A DNA stretch of 64,000 nucleotides from an uncultured Actinomycetes bacterium (GCA_963777495.1 CAVZQM010000004.1:426715-490714), one strand, 5' to 3'; counted from the first letter of the stretch, positions 21,066 through 30,042 are shown. The notes: generated by a model from the letters alone, not told the origin. Program-made: numbers and translations.

Positions 21066-22133
21066 TTACACAACCCCTTCCAGGCGGCCCGCCAGCCGAT
21101 CGAACGCTCTCCCGGGCCGGCTGCGTGCCCCAAGGAGCCGGCCATGATCCTGCGCTCGCGTCGCGCGCCGGTCGAACGGCACGACCGCGAGCGGCTCGCA
21201 ACCGAACACGCGCGCGACATCCCGCGGCGTGATCTCCGCGCGGGATGCGCGATTCACGACGAACCCGAGCTTCCCGTCGACGCCGAACGGTCGGAGCGCG
21301 TCCACCGCGCGTTTGGACGAGCGGAACGACAGGACGTCGAGCGCCAGCACCTCGACGATCCGGTCCGCCGTCTCACACCCAACGAGCGTGAACGCGTCGA
21401 CCGCGTGCGGCACGTGCAGGACGATCACGTCCGCCGCCGTCGCCGCGACATCCACCACCCGTCGAACGAACGCCGCCTCGATCGCCGGCATGTTCGGCGG
21501 CGGGGAGAGCAGGACCCGGAACGCCTCGGGGTGGGTCCAGTACGTGTCGTCCAGATGCGTCGTCGTGAGCTCGGGACCGAGGGGTGCCAGATCGGCGAGG
21601 GAATGGACGTCCTGCTCGGGTGCCCCGACGGCCGCACCCACCTCGCCGTAGAGAGGGTCGGCGTCGATCAGCACGCAGGCCCTCCCCCTCCGGGCGAACG
21701 CCCGCGCTAGGTGGGTCGCCACGAACGTGCTTCCCGCGCCACCTCGGGCGGCGTGGACGGCGATCACCGTGGCGCGCCGCTCGAGCAACGCGGGACCGGC
21801 GCGGCTGGCGGCGGCCGCCGCCGACAGCGCCTCGCGATCGGCCGGCCAGACGAAGAACCCATCCGCGCCGGCACGGATCGCGGCTCGTAACGCCCCAACG
21901 GATTCGCGGGTGTCCACGGCCAGGAACGGCGGCGTCCGGGTCACGTCCACCACCACCGAGGGTTGCCCGACGACCGCGTCGGGTTCGAGCTGGCGGAGCG
22001 CCTCGATCAGCTGGCGGTCGTCGGCCGCGGTGGCCACCACCCGGGCATGCCCGCTCCGGTCGAGGAAGTGCATGACCTCCTCGGCGACATCATGCTGCTC
22101 CATGGCCAGCACGATCCTGGCGACTTGGTCCAT
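21066..22133 (-). CDS. CpaE/TadZ-like protein (receiver-like N-domain + ParA/MinD-type ATPase)
   Basis: AAGGAGG ribosome-binding site before the ATG at 22133. The sequence contains IAVHAARGGAGSTFVATHLA (deviant Walker A) ...VLIDAD... and resembles Rv3660c-type proteins at the head of actinobacterial Tad loci. The gene is intact. Confidence 0.75.
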   Translation of the reverse strand: MDQVARIVLAMEQHDVAEEVMHFLDRSGHARVVATAADDRQLIEALRQLEPDAVVGQPSVVVDVTRTPPFLAVDTRESVGALRAAIRAGADGFFVWPADREALSAAAAASRAGPALLERRATVIAVHAARGGAGSTFVATHLARAFARRGRACVLIDADPLYGEVGAAVGAPEQDVHSLADLAPLGPELTTTHLDDTYWTHPEAFRVLLSPPPNMPAIEAAFVRRVVDVAATAADVIVLHVPHAVDAFTLVGCETADRIVEVLALDVLSFRSSKRAVDALRPFGVDGKLGFVVNRASRAEITPRDVARVFGCEPLAVVPFDRRATRAQDHGRLLGARSRPGRAFDRLAGRLEGVV

Positions 22134-22281
22134 GTTGCCCCTCCTTTGCGCCACGAGCGATCGCTGAACGAGCGGGAGAGGCTGCAGGCTGAAGACCACT
22201 TCGCGAGTACGTCGGCACCATATCGACGGGTACCGACACGAACACGCGGGCGCGGCTGGACCGCGCTCCGCGGAAGGGAGC

Positions 22282-22330
22282 GGGTCGCCGGCCGGGGTTG
22301 ACGCACGCTATGGACCCCGACCGGCGACCC
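22282..22330 (-). terminator. Strong hairpin between the repeat-protein gene and the cpaE-like gene
   Basis: GGGTCGCCGGCCGGGG (22282-22297) pairs with CCCCGACCGGCGACCC (22315-22330). This is a 16-bp inverted repeat with one mismatch and a 17-nt loop. A weakly T-rich tract follows on the minus strand. Confidence 0.4.
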
Positions 22331-22388
22331 TTCAGATCACGAGCTACCCCGTGACCGCTCCCGGCTCACATGTCCTCGGTCATCCCTC

Positions 22389-23888
22389 CTATCCGATCCC
22401 TTGGATCTGGCCGATCGCCTGATCGGTCAGGTTGACGTTGCCCGCGCCGGCGAAGGTCGTCGCGGTGTTCGACTGGTCGACGTCGCCGCCCGAACCGGGC
22501 GACAGCAGGCTGAACGGCTGATCCAGGTTGCTCTGGCTCGTCTCCGCGTTCGCCGAAGCGTCCTGACTCGTGTCGTTCGTGTTGCTGCCGGTCTGCGACT
22601 GGTCGACGTCGCCGCCATGGCTCGATCCGCCACAGCCGCAACTGCCGTCGCTCCCATGCCCGTTCGAACCCGAGGAGTGCGGCCCCTTCGTGTCCGCGCT
22701 CTGCTCCTGCTCGACCGACTGCTGGGTGTCGTTCTGGTTGTAGGCACCCGCCGTGGTGGTGGCGTCGTTGCTCTGGCTCACGTCACCGCCGTTGGCGTTC
22801 GGGCTCAGGATCGCGATCGGCTGGTTGACGTTCCACTGCTCCGTGGAGGCGTCCGCCGAGGCGTCCTGATCGGTGCTGTTGGAGTTGCTGCCCGACTGGT
22901 CCTGACTGACGTCACCGCCACAGCCGCAGCCGTGGCCGCCGGTCTGAGCATCCTGGCTCTGCTCGACGGACTGGTCGGTCTCGTTCCAGTTGCCCGCCGT
23001 CGCCGTGGTGGTCGCGTCGTTGGACTGGTCGACGTCTCCTCCGTTGGCGTTCGGGCTCAGGATCGCGATCGGCGCGTTGATGTTCCACTGTTCGGTGGAA
23101 GCGTTCGCCGTCGCGTCCTGCTCCGTGCTGTTGTCGTTCGAGCCGTCCTGGCTCTGGGTCACGTCCCCGGCACCGCCGCATCGGCATGAGCCGCCGGTCG
23201 TTGCCGACTGCTCTTGGCCGATCCACTGATCGGTCTCGTTGACGTTGACCGCCTCGGCCGAGGTGTCGGCGGAGTTCGACTGATCGACGTCGCCGCCACC
23301 GTGACCCTCGCATCCGCAGGGCGGGTGGCTGCCACCATCACCGTCGCAACCGCATGACGGGTGGTAGCCACCGTCACCCTCGCATCTGCACGGGGGGTGG
23401 TAGCCGTCGAAGCCGAACCCCAGAACGCTGATCGGCGCGTTGACGTTCCACTGTGTCGTGGAAGCGTTCGCATCCGACGACTGGGTCGTCTCGTTGTCGT
23501 TCGAGGCCTGTTGGCTCTGATCCACGTCGCCGCCGCCACACGTGTGGCAGCCGGATCCGCCCGACTTCGCCTTCTGCGACTGTGAGACGCCCTGGTCGGT
23601 CGCGTTCGCGTTGCCGGCCCAGGCCGTGGTGGTGGCGTCGTTCGACTGCGTGACGTCACCGCCGTTGGCGCCCGGACTCAGGATCGCGATCGGCACGTTG
23701 ACGTTCCACTGCTCCGTGGAAGCGTTCGCCGTCGCATCCTGGTCCGTGGTGTTGGTGTTGCTGCCTTGCTGCGTCTGTTGGAGGACGCCGCCCAGACCCG
23801 AGGCACCTGCTGCCCCCGCGGTCGTGACCAGCGTTACCCCCGCGAGCGCGGCCGACAGCAGCGCTCGTTGAAGCCATCTGGATCTCAT
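22389..23888 (-). CDS. Secreted Q/N/D/T-rich repeat protein with CxC/CxxC and His-Cys-rich inserts (uncharacterised)
   Basis: AAGGAG ribosome-binding site and a signal peptide MRSRWLQRALLSAALAGVTLVTTAGAAGA. Five imperfect units follow: STEQWNVN.PIAILSP.ANGGDV.QSNDATTTA.AGN.N.TDQ.V.Q.Q....GG..C.CGG.GDV.Q.Q.GSN.N.T.QDA.A.A. The 499-aa ORF is intact. Confidence 0.8.
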   Translation of the reverse strand: MRSRWLQRALLSAALAGVTLVTTAGAAGASGLGGVLQQTQQGSNTNTTDQDATANASTEQWNVNVPIAILSPGANGGDVTQSNDATTTAWAGNANATDQGVSQSQKAKSGGSGCHTCGGGDVDQSQQASNDNETTQSSDANASTTQWNVNAPISVLGFGFDGYHPPCRCEGDGGYHPSCGCDGDGGSHPPCGCEGHGGGDVDQSNSADTSAEAVNVNETDQWIGQEQSATTGGSCRCGGAGDVTQSQDGSNDNSTEQDATANASTEQWNINAPIAILSPNANGGDVDQSNDATTTATAGNWNETDQSVEQSQDAQTGGHGCGCGGDVSQDQSGSNSNSTDQDASADASTEQWNVNQPIAILSPNANGGDVSQSNDATTTAGAYNQNDTQQSVEQEQSADTKGPHSSGSNGHGSDGSCGCGGSSHGGDVDQSQTGSNTNDTSQDASANAETSQSNLDQPFSLLSPGSGGDVDQSNTATTFAGAGNVNLTDQAIGQIQGIG

Positions 23889-23953
23889 CGATATCTCCTT
23901 CTGTTCGAGCGTGCGACCCGTCGAGACGACGGATCGCGTTCAACACACCGGCG

Positions 23954-25018
23954 TCAGCCGGGACGCTCGACCAGAGAGAGGAAGGGGTTCGGAGCCCGCG
24001 CGTCGGCGAACGGCCGGAGCCATCGGCGCATGCCGACCACGAGCGCCATCGCGGCGGCCAGGAACGCCGCGAACAGTGAGAGACCGTGTCCACCGGTCTC
24101 CGGAGATCCGCTCGAAGGAGCGGACGAGAAGCCCGCCGGGAACCACTCGGGCAGGATGTTGGAGGTCGGAGCCGACCCTCCGAGGTCGATCACGCGACCG
24201 CCGATCGACGTGCCGTCCCCCGGCCAAGGCAAGGGGATCGTCGGAGCCGACGGCTGGTCGGGCGTCCGGGGCCCGGCGTGGATGGGCGGAACAGGCTCAC
24301 CAGGGGGGCCGCCGGGCAGGGCCGGCCCGTCAGGGTCAGTCGGCGCGGCGGGAGGATCGACCGCCGGAGGTTCCGCGGTGGCGCCGGGTCCCGCGGGCTC
24401 GAGCCACGGCGGCGACCCGGTGGGGAGTTCGCCGATCGTCTCGACCACATCGTCCAGCACGGCTCCGACCGATCCGTCGATGCCGTCCTGCCGGTGACGA
24501 TCCTCCACCGTGCCGGTGACGACCTCCACCGTGCCGGTGACGACCTCCACCGTGCCGGTGACGACCTCCACCGTGCCGGTGACGACCTCCTCCGTGCCGG
24601 TGACGACCTCCTCCACCGTGCCGGTGACGACGTCGGTGACGGCAGGGAGTTCGTCGGTGACCTGATCGACGACGCCCGTCACGGCCTGGGAGGCATCTCC
24701 CACCGCTTCCGTCGCGTCGTCCGTCACGTCGCCGACCGTGTCGAGGACACCCCCGACCGTCTCGTCCACCGTGGGCTCGGTCGCCTCCAAGGCGGTGCCG
24801 GCCGTGTCGACAGCCGTGTCCACGGCTCCCCCGACATCCTCCACCGCTCCGCCCACGCCCTCGACGGCTCCGGTGAGCACACCGCCCGTCATGTCGCCGA
24901 TATCCGCCCTGGCCTTGCCCGGCGCCAGCACCAGGATGGCGAGCACGGCGCCGGCGAGCACGATGACGCGCACCGCCAATCGCACGTACTGGGAGATCGC
25001 TATGGACGCTCCGCTCAT
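23954..25018 (-). CDS. Surface protein with V/T/G/E/D-rich repeats, Pro-rich spacer and PETG-type C-terminal anchor-like signal
   Basis: N-terminal TM/signal segment (VRVIVLAGAVLAILVLAPGKARA), a (VVTGTVE)n tract, a proline-rich segment, and a C-terminal SPETGGHGLSLFAAFLAAAMALVVGMRRW. Confidence 0.7.
   Translation of the reverse strand: MSGASIAISQYVRLAVRVIVLAGAVLAILVLAPGKARADIGDMTGGVLTGAVEGVGGAVEDVGGAVDTAVDTAGTALEATEPTVDETVGGVLDTVGDVTDDATEAVGDASQAVTGVVDQVTDELPAVTDVVTGTVEEVVTGTEEVVTGTVEVVTGTVEVVTGTVEVVTGTVEDRHRQDGIDGSVGAVLDDVVETIGELPTGSPPWLEPAGPGATAEPPAVDPPAAPTDPDGPALPGGPPGEPVPPIHAGPRTPDQPSAPTIPLPWPGDGTSIGGRVIDLGGSAPTSNILPEWFPAGFSSAPSSGSPETGGHGLSLFAAFLAAAMALVVGMRRWLRPFADARAPNPFLSLVERPG
24491..24640. 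repeat. 21-bp tandem repeat (about 6-7 copies, unit ccggtgacgacctccaccgtg)
   Basis: The repeat is read directly from the sequence. It encodes the VVTGTVE heptad tract of the surface protein on the minus strand. Confidence 0.9.
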
Positions 25019-25164
25019 CGGTGTCCTCTCGATGAAATCCGCGGCCGGGGGACCGCGGTCACGTGCGTCCGGGGAAGGCTACCGCGCATCCCCCGGAACG
25101 CGCAAGTACCCACGTCACCGGCCTAGTCCAAGTGATCGATGCGTGCCACGACCCTTCGCCCGAC

Positions 25165-28100
25165 ATGGCCGTCGCTAGACTCGTCGCCGTGATCGTCTGC
25201 CCCCGATGCGGCACGAAGAATCCGGAAGGCGCCCGGTTCTGCCTGAACTGCGGGTCGCCTCTCGAAAACGTGTCCACCGGCGAAGAGCGCAAGGTCATCA
25301 CGGTCGTCTTCTGCGATCTGGTCGGCTTCACGGAACGCTCCGATCAGGCCGACCCCGAGGACGTCAAGGCGATGCTTCGCGTGTACCACACGCTGCTGAA
25401 ACGCACGATCGACCACTTCGGCGGGATGGTCGACAAGTTCATCGGCGACGCGGTGCTGGGTGTGTTCGGCGCGCCGGTGGGACACGAGGACGACCCCGAG
25501 CGCGCCATCCGCGCCGCGCTGCAGATCCTGGACGACGTCGAGGAAGCGAATCGGGCGCAACCCGGCCTGGAGCTGGCCGTCCGCATCGGGATCAACACCG
25601 GCGAGGCGGTGATCGCGTTCGGCCAAGGACCGCAGATCGGCGAGAGCGTGACGGGTGACGTCGTGAACACCGCGTCGCGACTGCAGAACGTGGCGACGAC
25701 CGGGACCATCGTCGTCGGCGAGGCCACGTACCACGCCACGTCCGCCGTCTTCGAGTACGACGAGCTCCCGCCGGTCACGGTGAAGGGCAAGGCGGACGCG
25801 CTGGCCATCTGGCGGCCGCTCCACGCCCGCAGCTTGATCGGCATGGACGTCCGCGAGCAGCAGCGCACCACGTTCGTGGGGCGTGCCGAGGAATCGGCAA
25901 CGCTCCGCCAGGTCTTCCGGAAGATGGAGGAGTTCCGCGAGCAGCTCGCGCGCGTGGGCTCCCCGCAACTGGTGACGGTGATCGGCGAGCCGGGCGTGGG
26001 CAAGACCCGCCTGCTGCGCGAGTTCTCCACGTTCATCGACGAGCTGCCCGACCTGATCCGCTGGCGCCAGGGACGCTGCTTGCCGTACGGCGACGGCGTG
26101 GGCTTCTGGGCGTTCGGCGAGATCGTCAAGGCGCAGGCCGGCATCCTGGACTCCGACGATCCCGGGCAGGCCGCGGCGAAGCTCGCCGAGGCGGTCGACG
26201 CGGTGGTCGACGATCCCACGCAACGTGACTGGATCCGACGGCGCTTGGCTCCGCTGATCGGGGCCGGCGCCGACTCGACGGACGTCCCGCGCGAGGAGCT
26301 GTTCACCGCGTGGCGCCGGTTCGTCGAGGCGCTGGCGTTCGAGGGCCGGCTGGTGTTGGTCTTCGAGGACCTGCATTGGGCCGACGTCCCGATGCTCGAG
26401 TTCATCGAGCACCTGATCGACGCCGGCGAGCGCCCGTTCATGGTGGTGTGCGCGGCGCGGCCCGAGATCTACGACCGGTACCCGCAGTGGGGCGAGAGCC
26501 GGCGCAACGCCATCCGGATGGCGCTCCCGCCGCTCACGGACAGCGAGACCGCGGTGCTGATCTCGTCGTTGCTCGAGCGCGCCGTCCTGCCCGCCACGAC
26601 GCAGTCCATCCTGATCGAGCGGTCGGGGGGAAACCCGCTGTTCGCCGAGGAGTTCATCCAGCTGCTGGTCGACCGTGGACTTATCGACCTGGAAAGCCAC
26701 GATCGCCCGGTCGCCGAGCTGCACGACATCCCCGTGCCCGAGTCGCTGCACGCATTGATCAGCTCGCGACTGGATCAGCTCCCCCACGAGGACAAGACGC
26801 TCCTGCAGGACGCGGCGGTGATCGGCAAGGTCTTCTGGTCCGGCGCGCTCGCCGCGTTGTGCGGGTGCGACGAACCGTCGATCGCCGCACGCATCGAAGA
26901 CGTGGTGCGCCGCGAGCTGGTGCGTCCGAACCGCGCGTCCAACCTGCAGGGGCAGACGGAGTACACGTTCTGGCACGCGCTGATCCGCGACGTGGCGTAC
27001 GGCCAGATCCCCCGCGCGGGGCGCGAGCTGAAACACCTGACCGTGGCGCGCTGGCTGAAGGAGACCGTATCCGACCGCATCTCGGATTTCGCCGAGGAGC
27101 TCGCCTACCACTACGGCGAGGCGCTGGACCTGGCCGAGGCGTCGGGGATCGGGGTCGCGCCCGACGTGCGGGCCGAGGCCGCCGGCGGGTTCCTGCTCGC
27201 CGGTGAACGCGCGGCGGGGCTCGACGCGGATCGGGCGACGGGCCACTTCCAGCGCGCCCTCAGCCTGATGACGGCCGATCACCCGCTGCGGCCGCGCGCG
27301 GCGGCGCGGGCGGCCGAGATGGCCGAGGCGCGTGGAGACTACGAGGAGGGCGAGCAGCTCTACGTCGCGGCGATCACCGGGTACCGGGTTCTCGGCGACA
27401 CGCTCGGCCTGGGCGAGGCGCTCGGCCTGCTCGCCCGCACGCATGCGCGCCGGGGCGAGAACGCGCGCGCGGAGCAGCTCTTGACCGAAGCCATCGAGGT
27501 CCTGGAGCGGGAGCCGCCCAGTCGCGAGCTCGCCCGCATCTACTCGCGCAAGACCGGCGAGCTGCTCACCGGCGATCGCAACGCCGAGTGCCTGGAGTGG
27601 GCGGAGAAGACGCTCGAGCTGGCCACGCGTCTGAACCTGCGCGACGAATACGTCCGGGCGCTGCAGTTCCGGGGCTCGGCGCGGTGCGAACTGGGTGACG
27701 AGCGTGGCCTGGACGACCTGAAGGAGGCGATCCGACTGGGCGAGGAGGCCGGCCTCGGGCAGGCGCTGGCGCTCGCCCGGGCGAACTACGCGTTCCAGCT
27801 GTGGTTCCGCGAGGGTCCGGCCGCGGCTCTCCAGGTCTGGCGCGAGTCCCAGACCACGGCGGAGACCCACGGGTTCGTGGGTCTGGCACAGATGGCCCGG
27901 ATGGGACAGCTGGAAACGCTCTTCGACCTGGGCCGATGGGACGAGGTCCTCACGATCTGCCGCCAGATCCACGCGTGGATCCGACCGCGGGACGAGGGCA
28001 CCGAGCTGGGCGTGTACGCCACCATCTTCGAGAGCTGGGTGCACTTGCGACGCGGGGAGACCGACGAGCTGTCGGTCGCCGATCGATTCCTCGACCGGGC

Positions 28101-28650
28101 GCTGCCGTTCGGCGGGGAGTTCGGCGCACCCGCCGCCCTCTTGGTGGCGGAGACCCGGCGCGAAGCGGGAGACCGGGCAGGGGCACGGCTCGCGCTCGAC
28201 CGGTTCGTCGAGATCACCGAGTCGTCGCCGAACTTCCGGGCGCTGTTCGCCCCCATCGCGGTCCGGGCGCTGGTCGCGCTCGGCGACGCCGATGGCGCCG
28301 AGCGGTTGATCCCCGACCACGCCGACGCCCGGACGAAGCGCCACCGCGTGAGCCTGCTGACGGCCAGGGCGGTGGTCGCGGAGGCGCGGGGCCGATACCC
28401 CATGGCGTTCGACGGCTACCGGCAGGCGATCGCGCAGTGGCGCACGCACGGGTTCCAGCTGGAGCTGGGCCTGACGCGGATCGGTGCCGCTCGGTGCCTG
28501 CTGGCGCTGGACCGGCGCGACGAGGCGGCCGACGCACTGGCCGAGGCGCGCGACGTCCTGCGTCCACTCCGCGCGGCGCCGGCCCTGGCCGAGATCGCCG
28601 ACCTGCTGGGCAACGACTTCGAGCATCAGCTGGATCCGACCGGGGCGTGA
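25165..28650 (+). CDS. Zinc-ribbon + class III adenylate/guanylate cyclase + AAA/STAND NTPase + TPR-like signalling protein
   Basis: Sequence CPRCGTKNPEGARFCLNCG, then the cyclase core VITVVFCDLVGFTERSD...KFIGDAVLGVFGAP...RIGINTGEAV...GDVVNTASRLQ. A P-loop (VIGEPGVGKTRLL) and a long helical repeat C-terminus follow. The gene is intact. Confidence 0.9.
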   Translation: MAVARLVAVIVCPRCGTKNPEGARFCLNCGSPLENVSTGEERKVITVVFCDLVGFTERSDQADPEDVKAMLRVYHTLLKRTIDHFGGMVDKFIGDAVLGVFGAPVGHEDDPERAIRAALQILDDVEEANRAQPGLELAVRIGINTGEAVIAFGQGPQIGESVTGDVVNTASRLQNVATTGTIVVGEATYHATSAVFEYDELPPVTVKGKADALAIWRPLHARSLIGMDVREQQRTTFVGRAEESATLRQVFRKMEEFREQLARVGSPQLVTVIGEPGVGKTRLLREFSTFIDELPDLIRWRQGRCLPYGDGVGFWAFGEIVKAQAGILDSDDPGQAAAKLAEAVDAVVDDPTQRDWIRRRLAPLIGAGADSTDVPREELFTAWRRFVEALAFEGRLVLVFEDLHWADVPMLEFIEHLIDAGERPFMVVCAARPEIYDRYPQWGESRRNAIRMALPPLTDSETAVLISSLLERAVLPATTQSILIERSGGNPLFAEEFIQLLVDRGLIDLESHDRPVAELHDIPVPESLHALISSRLDQLPHEDKTLLQDAAVIGKVFWSGALAALCGCDEPSIAARIEDVVRRELVRPNRASNLQGQTEYTFWHALIRDVAYGQIPRAGRELKHLTVARWLKETVSDRISDFAEELAYHYGEALDLAEASGIGVAPDVRAEAAGGFLLAGERAAGLDADRATGHFQRALSLMTADHPLRPRAAARAAEMAEARGDYEEGEQLYVAAITGYRVLGDTLGLGEALGLLARTHARRGENARAEQLLTEAIEVLEREPPSRELARIYSRKTGELLTGDRNAECLEWAEKTLELATRLNLRDEYVRALQFRGSARCELGDERGLDDLKEAIRLGEEAGLGQALALARANYAFQLWFREGPAAALQVWRESQTTAETHGFVGLAQMARMGQLETLFDLGRWDEVLTICRQIHAWIRPRDEGTELGVYATIFESWVHLRRGETDELSVADRFLDRALPFGGEFGAPAALLVAETRREAGDRAGARLALDRFVEITESSPNFRALFAPIAVRALVALGDADGAERLIPDHADARTKRHRVSLLTARAVVAEARGRYPMAFDGYRQAIAQWRTHGFQLELGLTRIGAARCLLALDRRDEAADALAEARDVLRPLRAAPALAEIADLLGNDFEHQLDPTGA

Positions 28651-28708
28651 AGGCCGGGGCAAGGACCCGCAAGTCCCCCTGTCCTCGCGTCGGCTTAGAC
28701 TGCCCGCG

Positions 28709-28978
28709 ATGGCGGTGGTGACGTTGCGTGCGCCGCTCAAGGACCGTGCCGACGGGCAAGGCAAGCACGACCTGCCGGGCGACTCCCTGGGTCAGGTGCT
28801 CCGGGAGCTCGAGCGCCGCTTCCCGCGGCTGGAAGGCTGGGTGCTCGACGAGCACGGCAACATCCGCCGGCACGTCAACGTGTTCGTGGACGGCGAGCGT
28901 GGACAGGCCGATACGCAAGTCGCAGCGGATGCGCAGGTCCACGTGTTGCCGTCGATCTCAGGAGGGAGCGGATCATGA
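28709..28978 (+). CDS. MoaD/ThiS-family ubiquitin-like small protein
   Basis: 90 aa with a beta-grasp-like pattern ...VNVFVDGER...DAQVHVLPSISGG followed by SGS. The stop overlaps the next ATG (ATGA). Confidence 0.65.
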   Translation: MAVVTLRAPLKDRADGQGKHDLPGDSLGQVLRELERRFPRLEGWVLDEHGNIRRHVNVFVDGERGQADTQVAADAQVHVLPSISGGSGS

Positions 28979-30042
28979 CCGAGCTGTTGGTGGGGACGAA
29001 GAAGGGGCTGTTCGTGCTCCGGGGCGAACCGGACGCGCCGTTCGAGGTCGCGACCCGTGCGTTCCCCGGCGACGTCGTGGAGTTCGCGACACGCGACCGG
29101 CGCACCGGGCGGTACTTCGCGTCGGTGACCTCCGGCTTCTACGGCCCGCGCGTGATGTACACCGACGACCCGACCGGCGAGTGGGAGCAGTCGAAGGGTC
29201 CGGCGTTCCCGGAAGATATCCCCGACACCGCCCTCGACCGCGTGTGGATCATCCAGCCGGGCGAGACCGACGGCGTCCTGTACGCCGGCGTGGCCCCGGC
29301 CGCGTTGTTCGTCAGCACCGACTCGGGCGAGACGTGGGAGCTGAATCGCGCGCTCTGGAACGTCCCGACGCGGCCCGAGTGGAACCCGGGAGCCGGCGGC
29401 CTGGCGCTGCACTCCATCTGCCCGTGGCCGGGCGATCCCGATCGCCTCGCGGTCGCCATCTCGGCGGCAGGCGTCTGGCTCAGCGATGACGGCGGCGAGA
29501 GTTGGCGCACCGGGTACACCGGCATGGTGCCCCTCTATGTGCCGGAGGACCAGCAAGGGGAGACGCACGCCCTCTGCGTCCACAACATGCATCGGGCGGC
29601 GCAGCGACCCGAGCGGCTGTTCCAGCAGTTCCACGGCAGCGTCTACCGGTCCGATGACAGCGGCGCGACGTGGAACGACATCGCGGCGGGTCTCCCCTCT
29701 GGGTTCGGCTTCCCGATGGTGATCGACCCGTCCGACCCGGACAGCGCCTACGTCATCCCGCTGACGGCGGACCTCGACCGGGTCACGCCCGACGGGAAGG
29801 TCCGCGTCTGCGAGACGCGGGACGCGGGCGACACGTGGACGGCGCACGGCGACGGCCTCCCCTCGAAGGACGCGTACCTGACGATCCTGCGGCAGGCGTT
29901 CGGCCACGACGGCGGGTCGCCGCTCGGCCTGTACTTCGGCGCCACGTCGGGCGACGTGTTCGGATCGGCGGACGCCGGCGCGACGTGGTTCACCGTGCGC
30001 GAACGGCTGGCGCCGGTGACATCCGTGCGCGTCTCCGGCTAG
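28975..30042 (+). CDS. BNR/Asp-box repeat beta-propeller protein (sialidase/xyloglucanase-like fold)
   Basis: Repeated S.D.G.TW motifs (STDSGETW, SDDGGESW, SDDSGATW, TRDAGDTW, SADAGATW). Confidence 0.7.
   Translation: MTELLVGTKKGLFVLRGEPDAPFEVATRAFPGDVVEFATRDRRTGRYFASVTSGFYGPRVMYTDDPTGEWEQSKGPAFPEDIPDTALDRVWIIQPGETDGVLYAGVAPAALFVSTDSGETWELNRALWNVPTRPEWNPGAGGLALHSICPWPGDPDRLAVAISAAGVWLSDDGGESWRTGYTGMVPLYVPEDQQGETHALCVHNMHRAAQRPERLFQQFHGSVYRSDDSGATWNDIAAGLPSGFGFPMVIDPSDPDSAYVIPLTADLDRVTPDGKVRVCETRDAGDTWTAHGDGLPSKDAYLTILRQAFGHDGGSPLGLYFGATSGDVFGSADAGATWFTVRERLAPVTSVRVSG

Noticed and set aside
24491-24640. Tandem repeats (the 21-bp array here, the about 290-bp array at 59357-60520, and the LamG modules) considered as possible CRISPR arrays.
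   Set aside because: There are no unique spacers between the repeats. The repeats are in-frame coding units of surface proteins, and no cas genes are present.
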